DNA from: Octopus sinensis
Taxonomy: Eukaryota
Direction of reading: 5' to 3'
Assembly: GCF_006345805.1 (NCBI RefSeq)
Contig: NW_021827627.1
Span: forward strand, 1 to 10,081
Length of the DNA stretch: 10,081 nt
In this document: positions 1 through 8,684 of the stretch, in pieces
Layout: the number at the start of each line of letters is the position of its first letter
How positions within the stretch are numbered: the stretch's first letter is position 1
Notes under the pieces: model-generated
Databases searched by the model: none
What the model was told of the DNA's origin: nothing
The model's input: only the letters and a program-made list of their open reading frames with translations
Position numbers and translations under genes: made by a program

Positions 1-394
1 TACTGCTTTGAATTTAGGAGAGTGGGGCTCTCCAGGAAGCCAGCTATACTTGATCTCACCACCCTTTCAAATACTTTAATGATATGGGAGGTGAGATTGG
101 GCGATAGTTAACTGCGGAGGATCTGTTTCTCTGCTTGAAAACCGGGAGGACAGACTGGGATAAGGCCTGTTCCGGTATATAACCTGAATCCAAAGAATTT
201 CTCCACAGTTTGGTTAGAGGCACTGCAAGTTGGTGTCTACATTCCTTCGGGGGACTAGCGGGGAATCTATCAGGGCCTACAGCAGAATACTATTGGATCT
301 CATTTATTGCTGCTATGATGTCTGAAGCAGTAAAGGTTATGTCCGAGATTGTATATTGGGAATCGACTTCGTTCACTTTCTCATATGAAAATCG
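1..394 (-). mobile_element. Decayed LINE reverse transcriptase fragment (CR1/L2/Jockey-group, N-terminal part of RT), running off the window start
   Basis: Manual minus-strand translation: ...ISDITFTASDIIAAINEIQ*YSAVGPDRFPASPPKECRHQLAVPLTKLWRNSLDSGYIPEQALSQSVLPVFKQRNRSSAVNYRPIS, then a frameshift near 90, then SHIIKVFERVVRSSIAGFLESPTLLNSKQ. This has the LINE RT motifs GPD, PxFK, NYRPIS(L) and K.FER. One in-frame stop at 290-292. Confidence 0.88.
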
Positions 395-397
395 CTA

Positions 398-885
398 GGT
401 ATGGCCATGTAGTTTAAGAAGTTTGCTTCATGAGCACACGGTTTCAGTCCCTCTGCGCAGTAACTTTAGTATGTATCTTCTACTATAACCCCGTGTCGAC
501 CAATGCCTTGTGAGAAAATTTGAAGAACGGAAACTGAGTGGAAGCCCTTTGTATGTGTATGTGTATGCGTGTGAGTGTGTATGTGTGTGTGTGTACCTAT
601 GTATGCATGTATGTATGTATGTATGTATGTATGTATGTATGTATGTATGTATGTATGTATGTATGTATGTATGTATGTATGTATGTATGTTTGTGCATGT
701 CTTGTTGTTTGTCCCCCACCACTTGATAACCGAAGCTGAGTTGTTTACATTCTAGTAACTTAGCGGGTCGGTCAAAAAGACCGTTATAGTAAGTACTAAG
801 CTTTAAAAAATAAGTAGGTACTGGCGTCAATTTGTTCGATTAAACTCTTCCAGCATCACCGCAGTTCAATGAAAGAAAGTATGAA
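398..885 (+). mobile_element. tRNA-derived SINE family A, old diverged copy with internal microsatellite
   Basis: Colinear with the copies at 2801 and 7481: degenerate head, gtcgaccaatgccttgtgag, cggaaactga, central microsatellite, gtttgtcccc, acttagcgg, aagtact and ccagcat..cgcagt. Confidence 0.8.
607..690. repeat. (ATGT)21 tetranucleotide microsatellite inside SINE A
   Basis: Perfect 84-nt ATGT run, preceded by degenerate (GT)n from about 552. Confidence 0.97.
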
Positions 886-1391
886 TCTATTAATAACAGG
901 GATCCGATTACAGAGTTCAAAATTAGAATTCGAGGAAAGTAGATTCCAACGACCAGAAAGTAGAGCCCTTGTATCCTAACTACACAGTACATTTAAATGA
1001 TGCTAAGAAAGGTTGTGGGTTCAAAGTTAGTTGAAATATGAGCCACCTGCAACTGACCACAGCATTTGGCAGGAAAACTCAAGGTGCTGTGTTATCAACA
1101 TGGCCATTTGCCGAAGCTCTTATAGCTACTTAAGTGCAGGAAATATCGTCGACTGTAATGGAGAAAGTAGAACAGTATGCTAGCAAATTCCTAAGAGAGC
1201 AGATAAGTCTCGCGCCATACTTTACAGGAACTGGTTAATATGATGTTATTGCACAACTGCAGATGCTTTTAACTTTGCTGGTGGACGTTTATACTAGCTA
1301 AACCTATTTCCACAAGACGGTATGTGCTTCTGTGATCGACATTGTTCATGACAACCAGTTATTTGTGTTAGCAGTAAGGAAATAGATTCTG

Positions 1392-1416
1392 AAAAAAAAA
1401 AAAAAAAAAAAAAAAA
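1392..1416 (+). repeat. A25 homopolymer
   Basis: 25 consecutive A within the retrotransposon remnant. Confidence 0.95.
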
Positions 1417-1441
1417 CTGGGAATAAAAGATTAGAATATAT

Positions 1442-1686
1442 ATTTCTTTACTACCCACAAGGGGCTAAACACAGAGGGGCTAAACACAGAGGGGATAAAC
1501 AAGGACAGACAAACGGATTAAGTCGATTACATCGACCCCAGTGCGTAACTGGTACTTAATTTATCGACCCCGAAAGGATGAAAGGCAAAGTCGACCTCGG
1601 CGGAATTTGAACTCAGAACGTAACGGCAGACGAAATACGGCTACGCATTTCGCCCGGCGTGCTAACGTTTCTGCCAGCTCGCCGCC
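1442..1686 (-). mobile_element. tRNA-derived SINE family C, full length, with 17-bp target-site duplication
   Basis: Flanked by the exact direct repeat AAAAGATTAGAATATAT (1425-1441 and 1687-1703). Reverse complement aligns with 8935-9160 and 6434-6604. Minus-strand head ggcggcgagcTGGCAGAAACG...GAGTTCAAATTCC. Confidence 0.92.
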
Positions 1687-2117
1687 AAAAGATTAGAATA
1701 TATTATGCAAAACGCAAGTCATATTGGGAATGCTACGGAATTAATAGATATTTCGCCAAAACATAAAAAGGTGGATGAGATTTTGTGACTAAGGAAGTTC
1801 GCAAACTGAAGACAGGGAAACGTACAACTAAAGAAGTGGGGTTGGAATCTAATTGAACATTGAACAGCGTGGGTGACAGCTGAAAAAATGAACTTTTCGT
1901 GAAGTAATTTATAGAAAATAAAGCCATCAGGTTATTCCTGGGTATTCCTTCGGGGTGGAAGATATGGTTCCATCCCTGCCAGAACCTGGGGTCTCGGTCT
2001 GGTGCAACACTTCTGATTGCTAAAGAAGCTATGCATTCAAAGATAGCATGCAAACCACCCATTGCAGAGTATATCTGGTGGCATAACCAAATATTGCGTT
2101 TATTCACCTATTAATTG

Positions 2118-2507
2118 TGGAAGCACTCCGTCGGTTACGACGATGATGGTTCCGGTTGATCCGATCAACGGAACAGCCTGCTCGTGAAATTAACGTGTAA
2201 GTGGCTGAGCACTCCACAGACACGTGTACCCTTAACGTAGTTCTCGGGGATATTCAGCGTGACACAGAGAGTGACAAGGCCGGCCCTTTGAAATACAGGT
2301 ACAACAGAAACATGAAGTAAGAGTGAGAGAAAGTTGTGGTGAAAGAGGACAGCAAGGATCACCACCATCCCCTGCCGGAGCCTCGTGGAGCTTTAGGTGT
2401 TTTCGCTCAATAAACACTCACAACGCCCGGTCTGGGAATCGAAACCGCGATCCTACGACCACGAGTCCGCTGCCCTAACCACTGGGCCATTGCGCCATTG
2501 CGCCTCC
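2118..2507 (-). mobile_element. tRNA-derived SINE family B, full length
   Basis: Minus-strand head with A box TGGCCCAGTGG (2479-2489) and B box GTTTCGATTCCC (2434-2445). The 3' part matches 4552-4727 and 4227-4415. No TSD seen. Confidence 0.9.
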
Positions 2508-2800
2508 ACTAGAGAAGCTGTAGGTAAATATACAATGTCATATCTGGTTGGCATTGCAGTTAAGAAGGAAAGTGGGATAGTAAATTCACGAAGTGTGGGG
2601 AAAGCTGCGAGTGCTTCGTCGTGAAATTATCTCCTGAGATGTGCGACGAAGACCGATGCTGAGAGCGGAGAACTAATTCGTTGAGAGTTGTAAAATGAAA
2701 TACCTTTAATAGGACTGTAAAACGGAAAAAAAGGGTTGTTTTTTTTTTCGTTAATTGTTGCATGTTGCATTTTGATATTTCATGCATACATACATACATA

Positions 2801-3211
2801 AGGAGTGGCTGTGTGGTAAGTAGCTTGCTAACCAACCACATGGTTCCGGGTTCAGTCCCACTGCGTGGCTCCTTGGGCAAGTGTCTTCTGCTATAGCCCC
2901 GGGTCGACCAATGCCTTGTGAGTGGATTTGGTAGACGGAAACTGAAAGAAGCCCGTCGTATATATGTATATATATGTATATATGTATGTGTGTGTGTGTG
3001 TCTGTGTTTGTCCCCCTAGCATTGCTTGACAACCGATGCTGGTGTGTTTACGTCCCCGTCACTTAGCGGTTCGGCAAAAGAGACCGATAGAATAAGTACT
3101 GGGCTTACAAAGAATAAGTCCCGGGGTCGATTTGCTCGACTAAAGGCGGTGCTCCAGCATGTCCGCAGTCAAATGACTGAAACAAGTAAAAGAGTAAAAG
3201 AGAGTAAAGAG
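2801..3211 (+). mobile_element. tRNA-derived SINE family A, young full-length copy
   Basis: Head with A-box-like TGGCTGTGTGG and B-box-like GGTTCAGTCCC, then ccttgggcaagtgtctt, internal (TA)/(TG) microsatellite at ~2959-3000, and a gtaaaaga-type tail. About 9 differences from the 7481-7906 copy outside the microsatellite and tail. Confidence 0.92.
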
Positions 3212-3252
3212 TATACCCCCCCCCAAAAAAAAACAAAACACCCAGGCAGACG

Positions 3253-3298
3253 CACACACACACACACAGAAACACAGACACACACACACACACACACA
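3253..3298. repeat. (CA)n microsatellite
   Basis: Interrupted CA run. Confidence 0.93.
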
Positions 3299-3575
3299 TG
3301 GACTGGGGGGGGGGTAAATAATGTTTGCTAAAATATATGAATGTATACAGGATTGTGATTGTGAGTGTAATTAGGTGAGTGGATGTGAGCCTTTGAGTGA
3401 ACGTGCCAGCAAAAGAACGAGTGAAGATTTTGCTACCTTTTTTCCCCTAACCAGTAATAAAACGGCCACCGCCATTGTCATCGCCGTCACCATTTGCTCC
3501 TATGTTTTCGTTAACTTTCCACACATCGATTCTTCCTTTCTGTCTGTCTGTCTTTCTCATTATTTCGGGATCCCC

Positions 3576-3600
3576 CCTCTCTCTTTCTCTCCCTCTCTCT

Positions 3601-3640
<40 letters not shown>
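3576..3640. repeat. (CT)n pyrimidine microsatellite
   Basis: Imperfect CT/CTTT run. Confidence 0.92.
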
Positions 3641-3641
<1 letters not shown>

Positions 3642-3764
3642 GTCTCCACCCCTTCAACGAAACTTCACACTTTGTAGTAGGAGGGTAAGTACGGCGAACT
3701 ACTTGAAATCTAACTTTATCGTCGGACTGGGACTGTTGGAGTTGAGAGGAAGAGTCATTAAAAA

Positions 3765-4219
3765 GGTGGTGGTGGTGGTGGTATGGTGGTGGTGGTGGTG
3801 GTGGTGGTGGTGGTGGTGGTGGTGGTGGTGGTGGTAGTGGTGGTGATGGTGGTGGTGGTGGTGGTGGTGGTGGTGGTGGTGGTGGTGATGGTGGTGGTGG
3901 TGGTGGTGGTGGTGGTGGTGGTAGTGGTGGTGGTGGTGGTGGTGGTAGTGGTGGTGGTGGTGGTGGTGGTGGTAGTGGTAGTAGTGGTGGTTGTTATAAC
4001 TGTAGCAGTAGTGGGGGTTCTCATGGTTATAGGGATGGTGGTGGTGGTGGCAGTTATAATGACATGGGTTGCGATGAGGGATATCGGAGATGATAGTGGC
4101 GGGGTTGGTGTGATGGTTGTGGTGAAGTAGTTGCAGTAGTGGTGATAGTGGTTGTAATTTTTGGTTATGGTGACGTTGGCGGTGGATGTATTGGCCGTTG
4201 TGATAGTTGTGGTGGTAGT
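3765..4219. repeat. (GGT)n trinucleotide microsatellite, nearly pure to ~3991 and degenerate to ~4219
   Basis: Long GGT run with GAT/AGT interruptions. It explains the poly-V/W/T/H ORFs in the track. Confidence 0.95.
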
Positions 4220-4226
4220 ATCTGAA

Positions 4227-4555
4227 GGAGTACTCCATCGGTTACGACGACGACGAGGGTCTCAGCTGATACGATCAACGAAACAGCTTGCCCGTGAAAT
4301 TAACGCGCAAGTGGCTGAGCATTCCGCAGACACGTGTACCCTTAACGTAGTTCTCAGGGAGATTCAGCGTGACACAGAGTGTGACAAGGCCGGCCCTTTG
4401 AAATACAGGTACAACTCATTTTTGCCAGCTGAGTGGACTGGAGCAACGTGAAATAAAGTGTCTTGCTCTCAAGGACACAACGCGTCACCGGGAATTGAAC
4501 TCACGACCTTACAATCGTGAGTCGAATGCACTAACCATTAAGCCACGCGCATTCA
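4227..4555 (-). mobile_element. tRNA-derived SINE family B' (different head and body, same 3' region as family B)
   Basis: Minus-strand head tgaatgcgcgTGGCTTAATGG...GAGTTCAATTCCC, body ttgtgtccttgagagcaagacactt...ctggcaaaaatgag, then the same gttgtacctgtatttcaaagggccgg...gtaaccga tail as SINE B. Confidence 0.88.
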
Positions 4556-4727
4556 AAGGGCCGGCCTTGTCACTCTCTGTGTCACGCTGAATATCCCCGA
4601 GAACTACGTTAAGGGTACACGTGTCTGTGGAGTGCTCAGCCACTTACACGTTAATTTCACGAGCAGGCTGTTCCGTTGATTCGGATGAACCGGAACCCTC
4701 ATCGTCGTAACCGACGGAGTGCTTCCA
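4552..4727 (+). mobile_element. 5'-truncated SINE family B copy (3' 176 nt)
   Basis: Reverse complement of 2118-2292 with 3 differences (one 1-nt insertion, two substitutions). Confidence 0.92.
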
Positions 4728-4850
4728 TAAGTGGTGATCGTAATGGTGGGGCTGGTGGTGTTGGTAGTATTGGTCGTTGCGGTAGTTGTGCTGGTGGTGG
4801 TGGTGGTTGTGGCGATAATGAGGAGGCTTGCAGTAAGAATGAAGGTTTTT

Positions 4851-5058
4851 GTTGTTGCTGTCATTCAACCCTTAGTGAATCTTGATTAAACAGACCTATA
4901 ATCAAGGGCCAGTTCAACCGTGACCAACCCCGTCTTTTAAAATGTAGCCTTACACTATTTAACATGTCCTGTCATGAATATAGCAGTTGGATGTAATTTG
5001 AGGAAAGAAGATTTGGCTGCTATTTCTAGGAGGTTGAACGATCACGTAGAGGTTTTCT
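4851..5058 (+). repeat. Unclassified dispersed repeat D, most complete copy
   Basis: 5' block cagacctataatcaag...tgacca and 3' block gatttggctgctatttctag...cacgtagagg recur, diverged, at ~5187-5272, 6030-6092, 6745-6778, 8060-8120, 8486-8545 and 9275-9430. Confidence 0.6.
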
Positions 5059-5186
5059 CTTTAGTTCATAGAGTGGTATTGTAGGGGATAAGTGCGAGAA
5101 AATTGTAGTGGAGATGGTGGTGGGGGCTGATAGGGTTAGGGTTAGGGTGATGTGGTGATCTGTGGTGGTGGTGATGATGGCGACGG

Positions 5187-5272
5187 TCGTTGTTGTTTAG
5201 CACCGACCAAATCAACACTGGTCGAATAATCCCATGTGCAAAGATGTTCCAGAGGTGACCATCCTCTCCTTT
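5187..5272 (+). repeat. Repeat D, 5' block fragment
   Basis: gttgttgtttagcacc...caaagatgttccagaggtgaccatcc resembles 4851-4930 and 9275-9355. Confidence 0.45.
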
Positions 5273-5308
5273 CCCTGAGTACAAGGAATTCAAGACCACA
5301 ACATTACA

Positions 5309-5999
<691 letters not shown>

Positions 6000-6029
6000 A
6001 TCCAACATTTTCTTTTAAACAACAGATTG

Positions 6030-6092
6030 AGAAATTTGATAGTGATTTGGCTGCTGTCTCTAGCTGGTCGAGCACCCATGTAGAGACTACCC
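6030..6092 (+). repeat. Repeat D, 3' block
   Basis: gatttggctgctgtctctagctggtcgagcacccatgtagag versus gatttggctgctatttctaggaggttgaacgatcacgtagag at ~5010-5051. Confidence 0.65.
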
Positions 6093-6164
6093 GTAGAGTC
6101 TTCCTCATTGGCTGGTGGTAATGGCGTGGTGGTGGTTGTGGTGCTGAGCATAATTGTAGCAGTG

Positions 6165-6170
6165 ATGATA

Positions 6171-6224
<54 letters not shown>

Positions 6225-6415
6225 ATGGTGGTGGTGGTGGTAGGATGGCGGTGGCGCTGATGATGATGGTAGTGGCGATGTTTGATGGTGCTTTTGAAGG
6301 TGATAGCGGTAGGGGTGATGGTGCAGCGGTGGTGTGGGTGGTATTGATGTTGTTGTTGTTGTTGTTGTTGTTGTTGATGATGGGAATGGTGGTGGTAGTG
6401 GTGGTGATGATAATA
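6165..6415. repeat. Compound (GAT)n/(GGT)n/(GTT)n trinucleotide tract
   Basis: Pure GAT ~6172-6211, then GGT, degenerate sequence, and GTT ~6348-6375. Confidence 0.9.
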
Positions 6416-6433
6416 GAGGTGTTAGTTGCTGCA

Positions 6434-6604
6434 ACGTTGTGAGTTCAAATTCCGCTGAGATCGACTTTGCCTTTCATCCTTTCGGGGTCGATAAATTAAG
6501 TACCAGTTACGCACTGGGGTCGATGTAATCGACTTAATACCTATGTCTGTCCTTGTTTGTCCCCTCTATGTTTAACCCCTTGTGGGTAATAAAGAAATAG
6601 GTAT
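6434..6604 (+). mobile_element. SINE family C, 5'-truncated
   Basis: From acgttgtgagttcaaattccgctgag to aaagaaataggtat; aligns with 8995-9160. Confidence 0.88.
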
Positions 6605-6946
6605 AAAGTTTGTTATTGTTGTGATGTCCAGTTCGTCCTGCTTGAAGCCGCCGGTCGGTGCTTCACTTCTGACTTATAGTTGATGGCTATCGCTACATAC
6701 TCCAAGATGCAGCGCTTCGTGTCATAGCTGCTGATCTTCAGTTCTTTCTTGACCGAGCAGACTTATAATCAAAGATGAAAAATTAAAAATCTCTAGGACT
6801 ACCTTTTTCTTATTTGGCATAATTTGGGGATAGCTGTCCCTCATAGTCCCCCATTTCACGGGGGAAGAAAAACTGTGGTTTACTTTTTCTCTTTATTTTT
6901 TGTGCTCCTTATTACGATTCCTATCACGGAAATTGCGTTTCTGATG

Positions 6947-6997
<51 letters not shown>

Positions 6998-7020
6998 GTA
7001 ATAATAATAATAATAATAAT
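6947..7020. repeat. (AAT)n microsatellite
   Basis: 74-nt run with a single G interruption at 6998. Confidence 0.96.
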
Positions 7021-7425
7021 TTGACCTTAACCAGTTGAGCATGTTCCTTAGTGGCTGACGATATGTGCATCTCTGATCACGAGCAGAAGTAGTGGGGGAG
7101 CATCATAGCCATGTGTTGAGAGGGATTCTTTGGGGTTTGAATAATTCACCTCTGGAAACATGGGTGGTTCTTTCAACATCCTTAAACACTTATTCAGAGA
7201 CCTTTTGAGCGGGATGGGCTACTCAACCTGAAGAAAATTCTAACTGGGCCCCACCTGCAAGGTCATGTGCTGTTTATCTTGATATGAGATCACCATGTCG
7301 CGCACATATGGTTGTGATGCATGTGCCTGGTGTACCTTTATCAGACGGGTAGTCATGATGGGTATATTGGGCTTCGTATATTTTACCCCAGTGTCACTTT
7401 GATGGCATGCACTGCTCTCTCACTC
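7021..7425 (+). mobile_element. Probable 5'-truncated retrotransposon 3' region with (AAT)n tail, lying between two AAT tracts
   Basis: 405 nt of high-complexity sequence bounded sharply by (AAT)n on both sides and ending ...ctctcactc(aat)n. I recall it as a high-copy octopus repeat, but there is only one copy here and no protein motif, so class and strand are inferred. Confidence 0.5.

Positions 7426-7481
<56 letters not shown>
7426..7481. repeat. (AAT)18 microsatellite or retroposon tail
   Basis: Perfect 56-nt run. Confidence 0.96.
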
Positions 7482-7906
7482 GGAGTGTGGAGTGGCCGTG
7501 TGGTAAGTAGCTTGCTAACCAACCACATGGTTCCGGGTTCAGTCCCACTGCGTGGCTCCTTGGGTAAGTGCCTTCTGCTATAGCCCCGGGCCGACCAATG
7601 CCTTGTGAGTGGATTTGGTAGACGGAAACTGAAAGAAGCCTGTCGTATATATGTATATATATGTATGTATGTGTGTGTGTGTGTGTGTGTTTGTGTGTCT
7701 GTGTTTGTCCCCCTAGCATTGCTTGACAACCGATGCTGGTGTGTTTACGTCCCCGTCACCTAGCGGTTCGGCAAAAGAGACCGATAGAATAAGTACTGGG
7801 CTTACAAAAGAATAAGTCCCGGGGTCGAGTTGCTCGACTAAAGGCGGTGCTCCAGCATGGCCGCAGTCAAATGACTGAAACAAGTAAAAGAATAAAAGAA
7901 TAGAAT
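7481..7906 (+). mobile_element. tRNA-derived SINE family A, young full-length copy
   Basis: About 97% identical to 2801-3211 outside the microsatellite. Short 5' stutter aggagtgtggagtggcc and tail gtaaaagaataaaagaatagaat. Confidence 0.92.
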
Positions 7907-8183
7907 TAAAACTAATTATATTCTTGCATTTTTGCTCTTCGCTCTTACTTCCGTACCTTTTCCGGTTTTTCATGAAGTATGGGACTTCATGTGACAACTG
8001 TACCAAATCTCCGCTCAATATTTTAGATATTCTCTGTTTTATTATTTTTTTGAATGTGTGAAGATATAATTTCAGAGAATTTAGCTGCTCTTTCTAGCAG
8101 AACGAATAACTGCGTAGATTCTTCATCATTGTTGTTGCTGCTGTTGTTGCTGTTTAATCCCCGGCTGCTTAATTTAGAAGATA

Positions 8184-8427
8184 CTAGCAGTATCGCCCGG
8201 CGTTGCTCGGGTTTGTAAGGGAAATAACTAAATAAGCATTTTTAGAGAGTTATAGCCAAAAAATAGCAAAAAAATGCATTAAAAATGTAAAAAAAAATTA
8301 TGGTAATTTTTTTAAAAAATCGTTGACTCATCGTAGACATTTTTAGAGAGTTACTTCCCTTATTTAATAGCGAAAAAATGCATTAAAAATGGGAAAAAAA
8401 ATATGGTAATTTTTTTTTTTAATCGTA
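8184..8427 (-). mobile_element. Non-autonomous Helitron-like fragment (3' terminus) with internal ~101-nt tandem duplication
   Basis: Minus strand ends CCCGAGCAACGCCGGG (6 GC pairs, 1-nt bulge, 3-nt loop) + 8 nt + CTAG, followed by T, which is the canonical Helitron 3' signature. Two AT-rich units both start catttttagagagtta (8237, 8338). The 5' boundary is unresolved. Confidence 0.6.
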
Positions 8428-8620
8428 ACAAGTAAACGATAAAAGATAGAAGATAACAAAATAGAGGCTCCCTTGGTGACTTCGATTTGGCTGTTATTTC
8501 TCGCACTTGTTGACGTTTAGCAGGTGAACGAGGTGGACTCTCTCGGAATGTGACGGTACTGCTCTGCTGTACATACTTCTGGCGGTGTTCATGGTTTAAT
8601 GGAACATCTGTGTGTATATG

Positions 8621-8684
8621 GGAGAGAAAGAGAAAGAGAGAGAGGGGGGAGGGAGAGAGAGAGGGGGAGAGAGAGAAAGAAAAG
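8621..8684. repeat. (GA)n purine tract
   Basis: Imperfect GA/GAAA/G runs. Confidence 0.9.

Larger units (their letters stand above)
876..2650 (+). mobile_element. Decayed RLE-type non-LTR retrotransposon (Hero/NeSL-like, R2 superfamily): RT thumb to C-terminus, in three segments (~876-1441, 1687-2117, 2508-~2650)
   Basis: Translation with frameshifts and stops: FKIRIRGK*IPT; LAGKLKVLCYQHGHLPKLL*; VQEISSTVMEKVEQYASKFLREQISLAPYFTGTG*YDVIAQLQMLLTLLVDVY (ATG at 1158); VRK* (1374-1385); DFVTKEVRKLKTGKRTTKEVGL; FS*SNL*KIKP; HSKIACK (H-x4-C); EYIWWHNQILR; REAVGKYT...KAASASS*NYLLR. These follow, in order, motifs I recall from Hero-clade ORFs (LPGKxKxWxYQHG, RKW, SWxDLWKxEP, CCHC knuckle, RYxWRHNQVL, RGFVG...EAAExxSxWLW). 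Several stops sit where W (TGG) is expected. Confidence 0.8.

Noticed and set aside
1392-1416. A25 as a retrogene poly(A) tail
   Set aside because: The retrotransposon motifs continue on both sides and there is no TSD or upstream mRNA-like sequence; slippage expansion is simpler.
1733-2107. 124-aa minus-strand ORF
   Set aside because: It is antisense to the retrotransposon remnant, whose motifs (WWHNQILR) read on the plus strand.
2430-2507. tRNA-like heads as real tRNA genes (also 2801-2870, 4490-4555, 8935-9015)
   Set aside because: They have A/B boxes but no complete cloverleaf or acceptor stem that I can fold, and each is fused to a SINE body.
2751-3331. Similar peptides recurring in the ORF track (e.g. 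LLSVSVYQIHSQGIGRPG, SFDCGHAGAPPLVEQ)
   Set aside because: These are translations of repeated SINE A copies, not paralogous genes.
3671-3690. Possible microexon (tttgtAGtAG-gagg-GTAAGT) after a CT tract
   Set aside because: It would be 7 or 4 nt and not frame-preserving; there is no independent evidence.
3699-4238. Long poly-His/Thr/Val/Trp ORFs (also 5340-5696, 6105-6434, 6824-7024, 9313-10030)
   Set aside because: Trinucleotide and dinucleotide microsatellites lack stops in several frames. These ORFs are open on both strands and carry no domain signal.
5131-5147. TAGGGTTAGGGTTAGGG, telomere-like repeat
   Set aside because: Under three units, inside a G/T-rich degenerate tract; too short to call an interstitial telomere.
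7971-7991. Hairpin CATGAAGT-atggg-ACTTCATG
   Set aside because: An 8-bp stem is expected about once by chance in 10 kb, and there is no supporting context.
8237-8426. Repeat-spacer pattern suggesting CRISPR or a satellite array
   Set aside because: Only two diverged ~100-nt units inside a transposon-like fragment; there are no constant repeats with unique spacers, and the context is eukaryotic.
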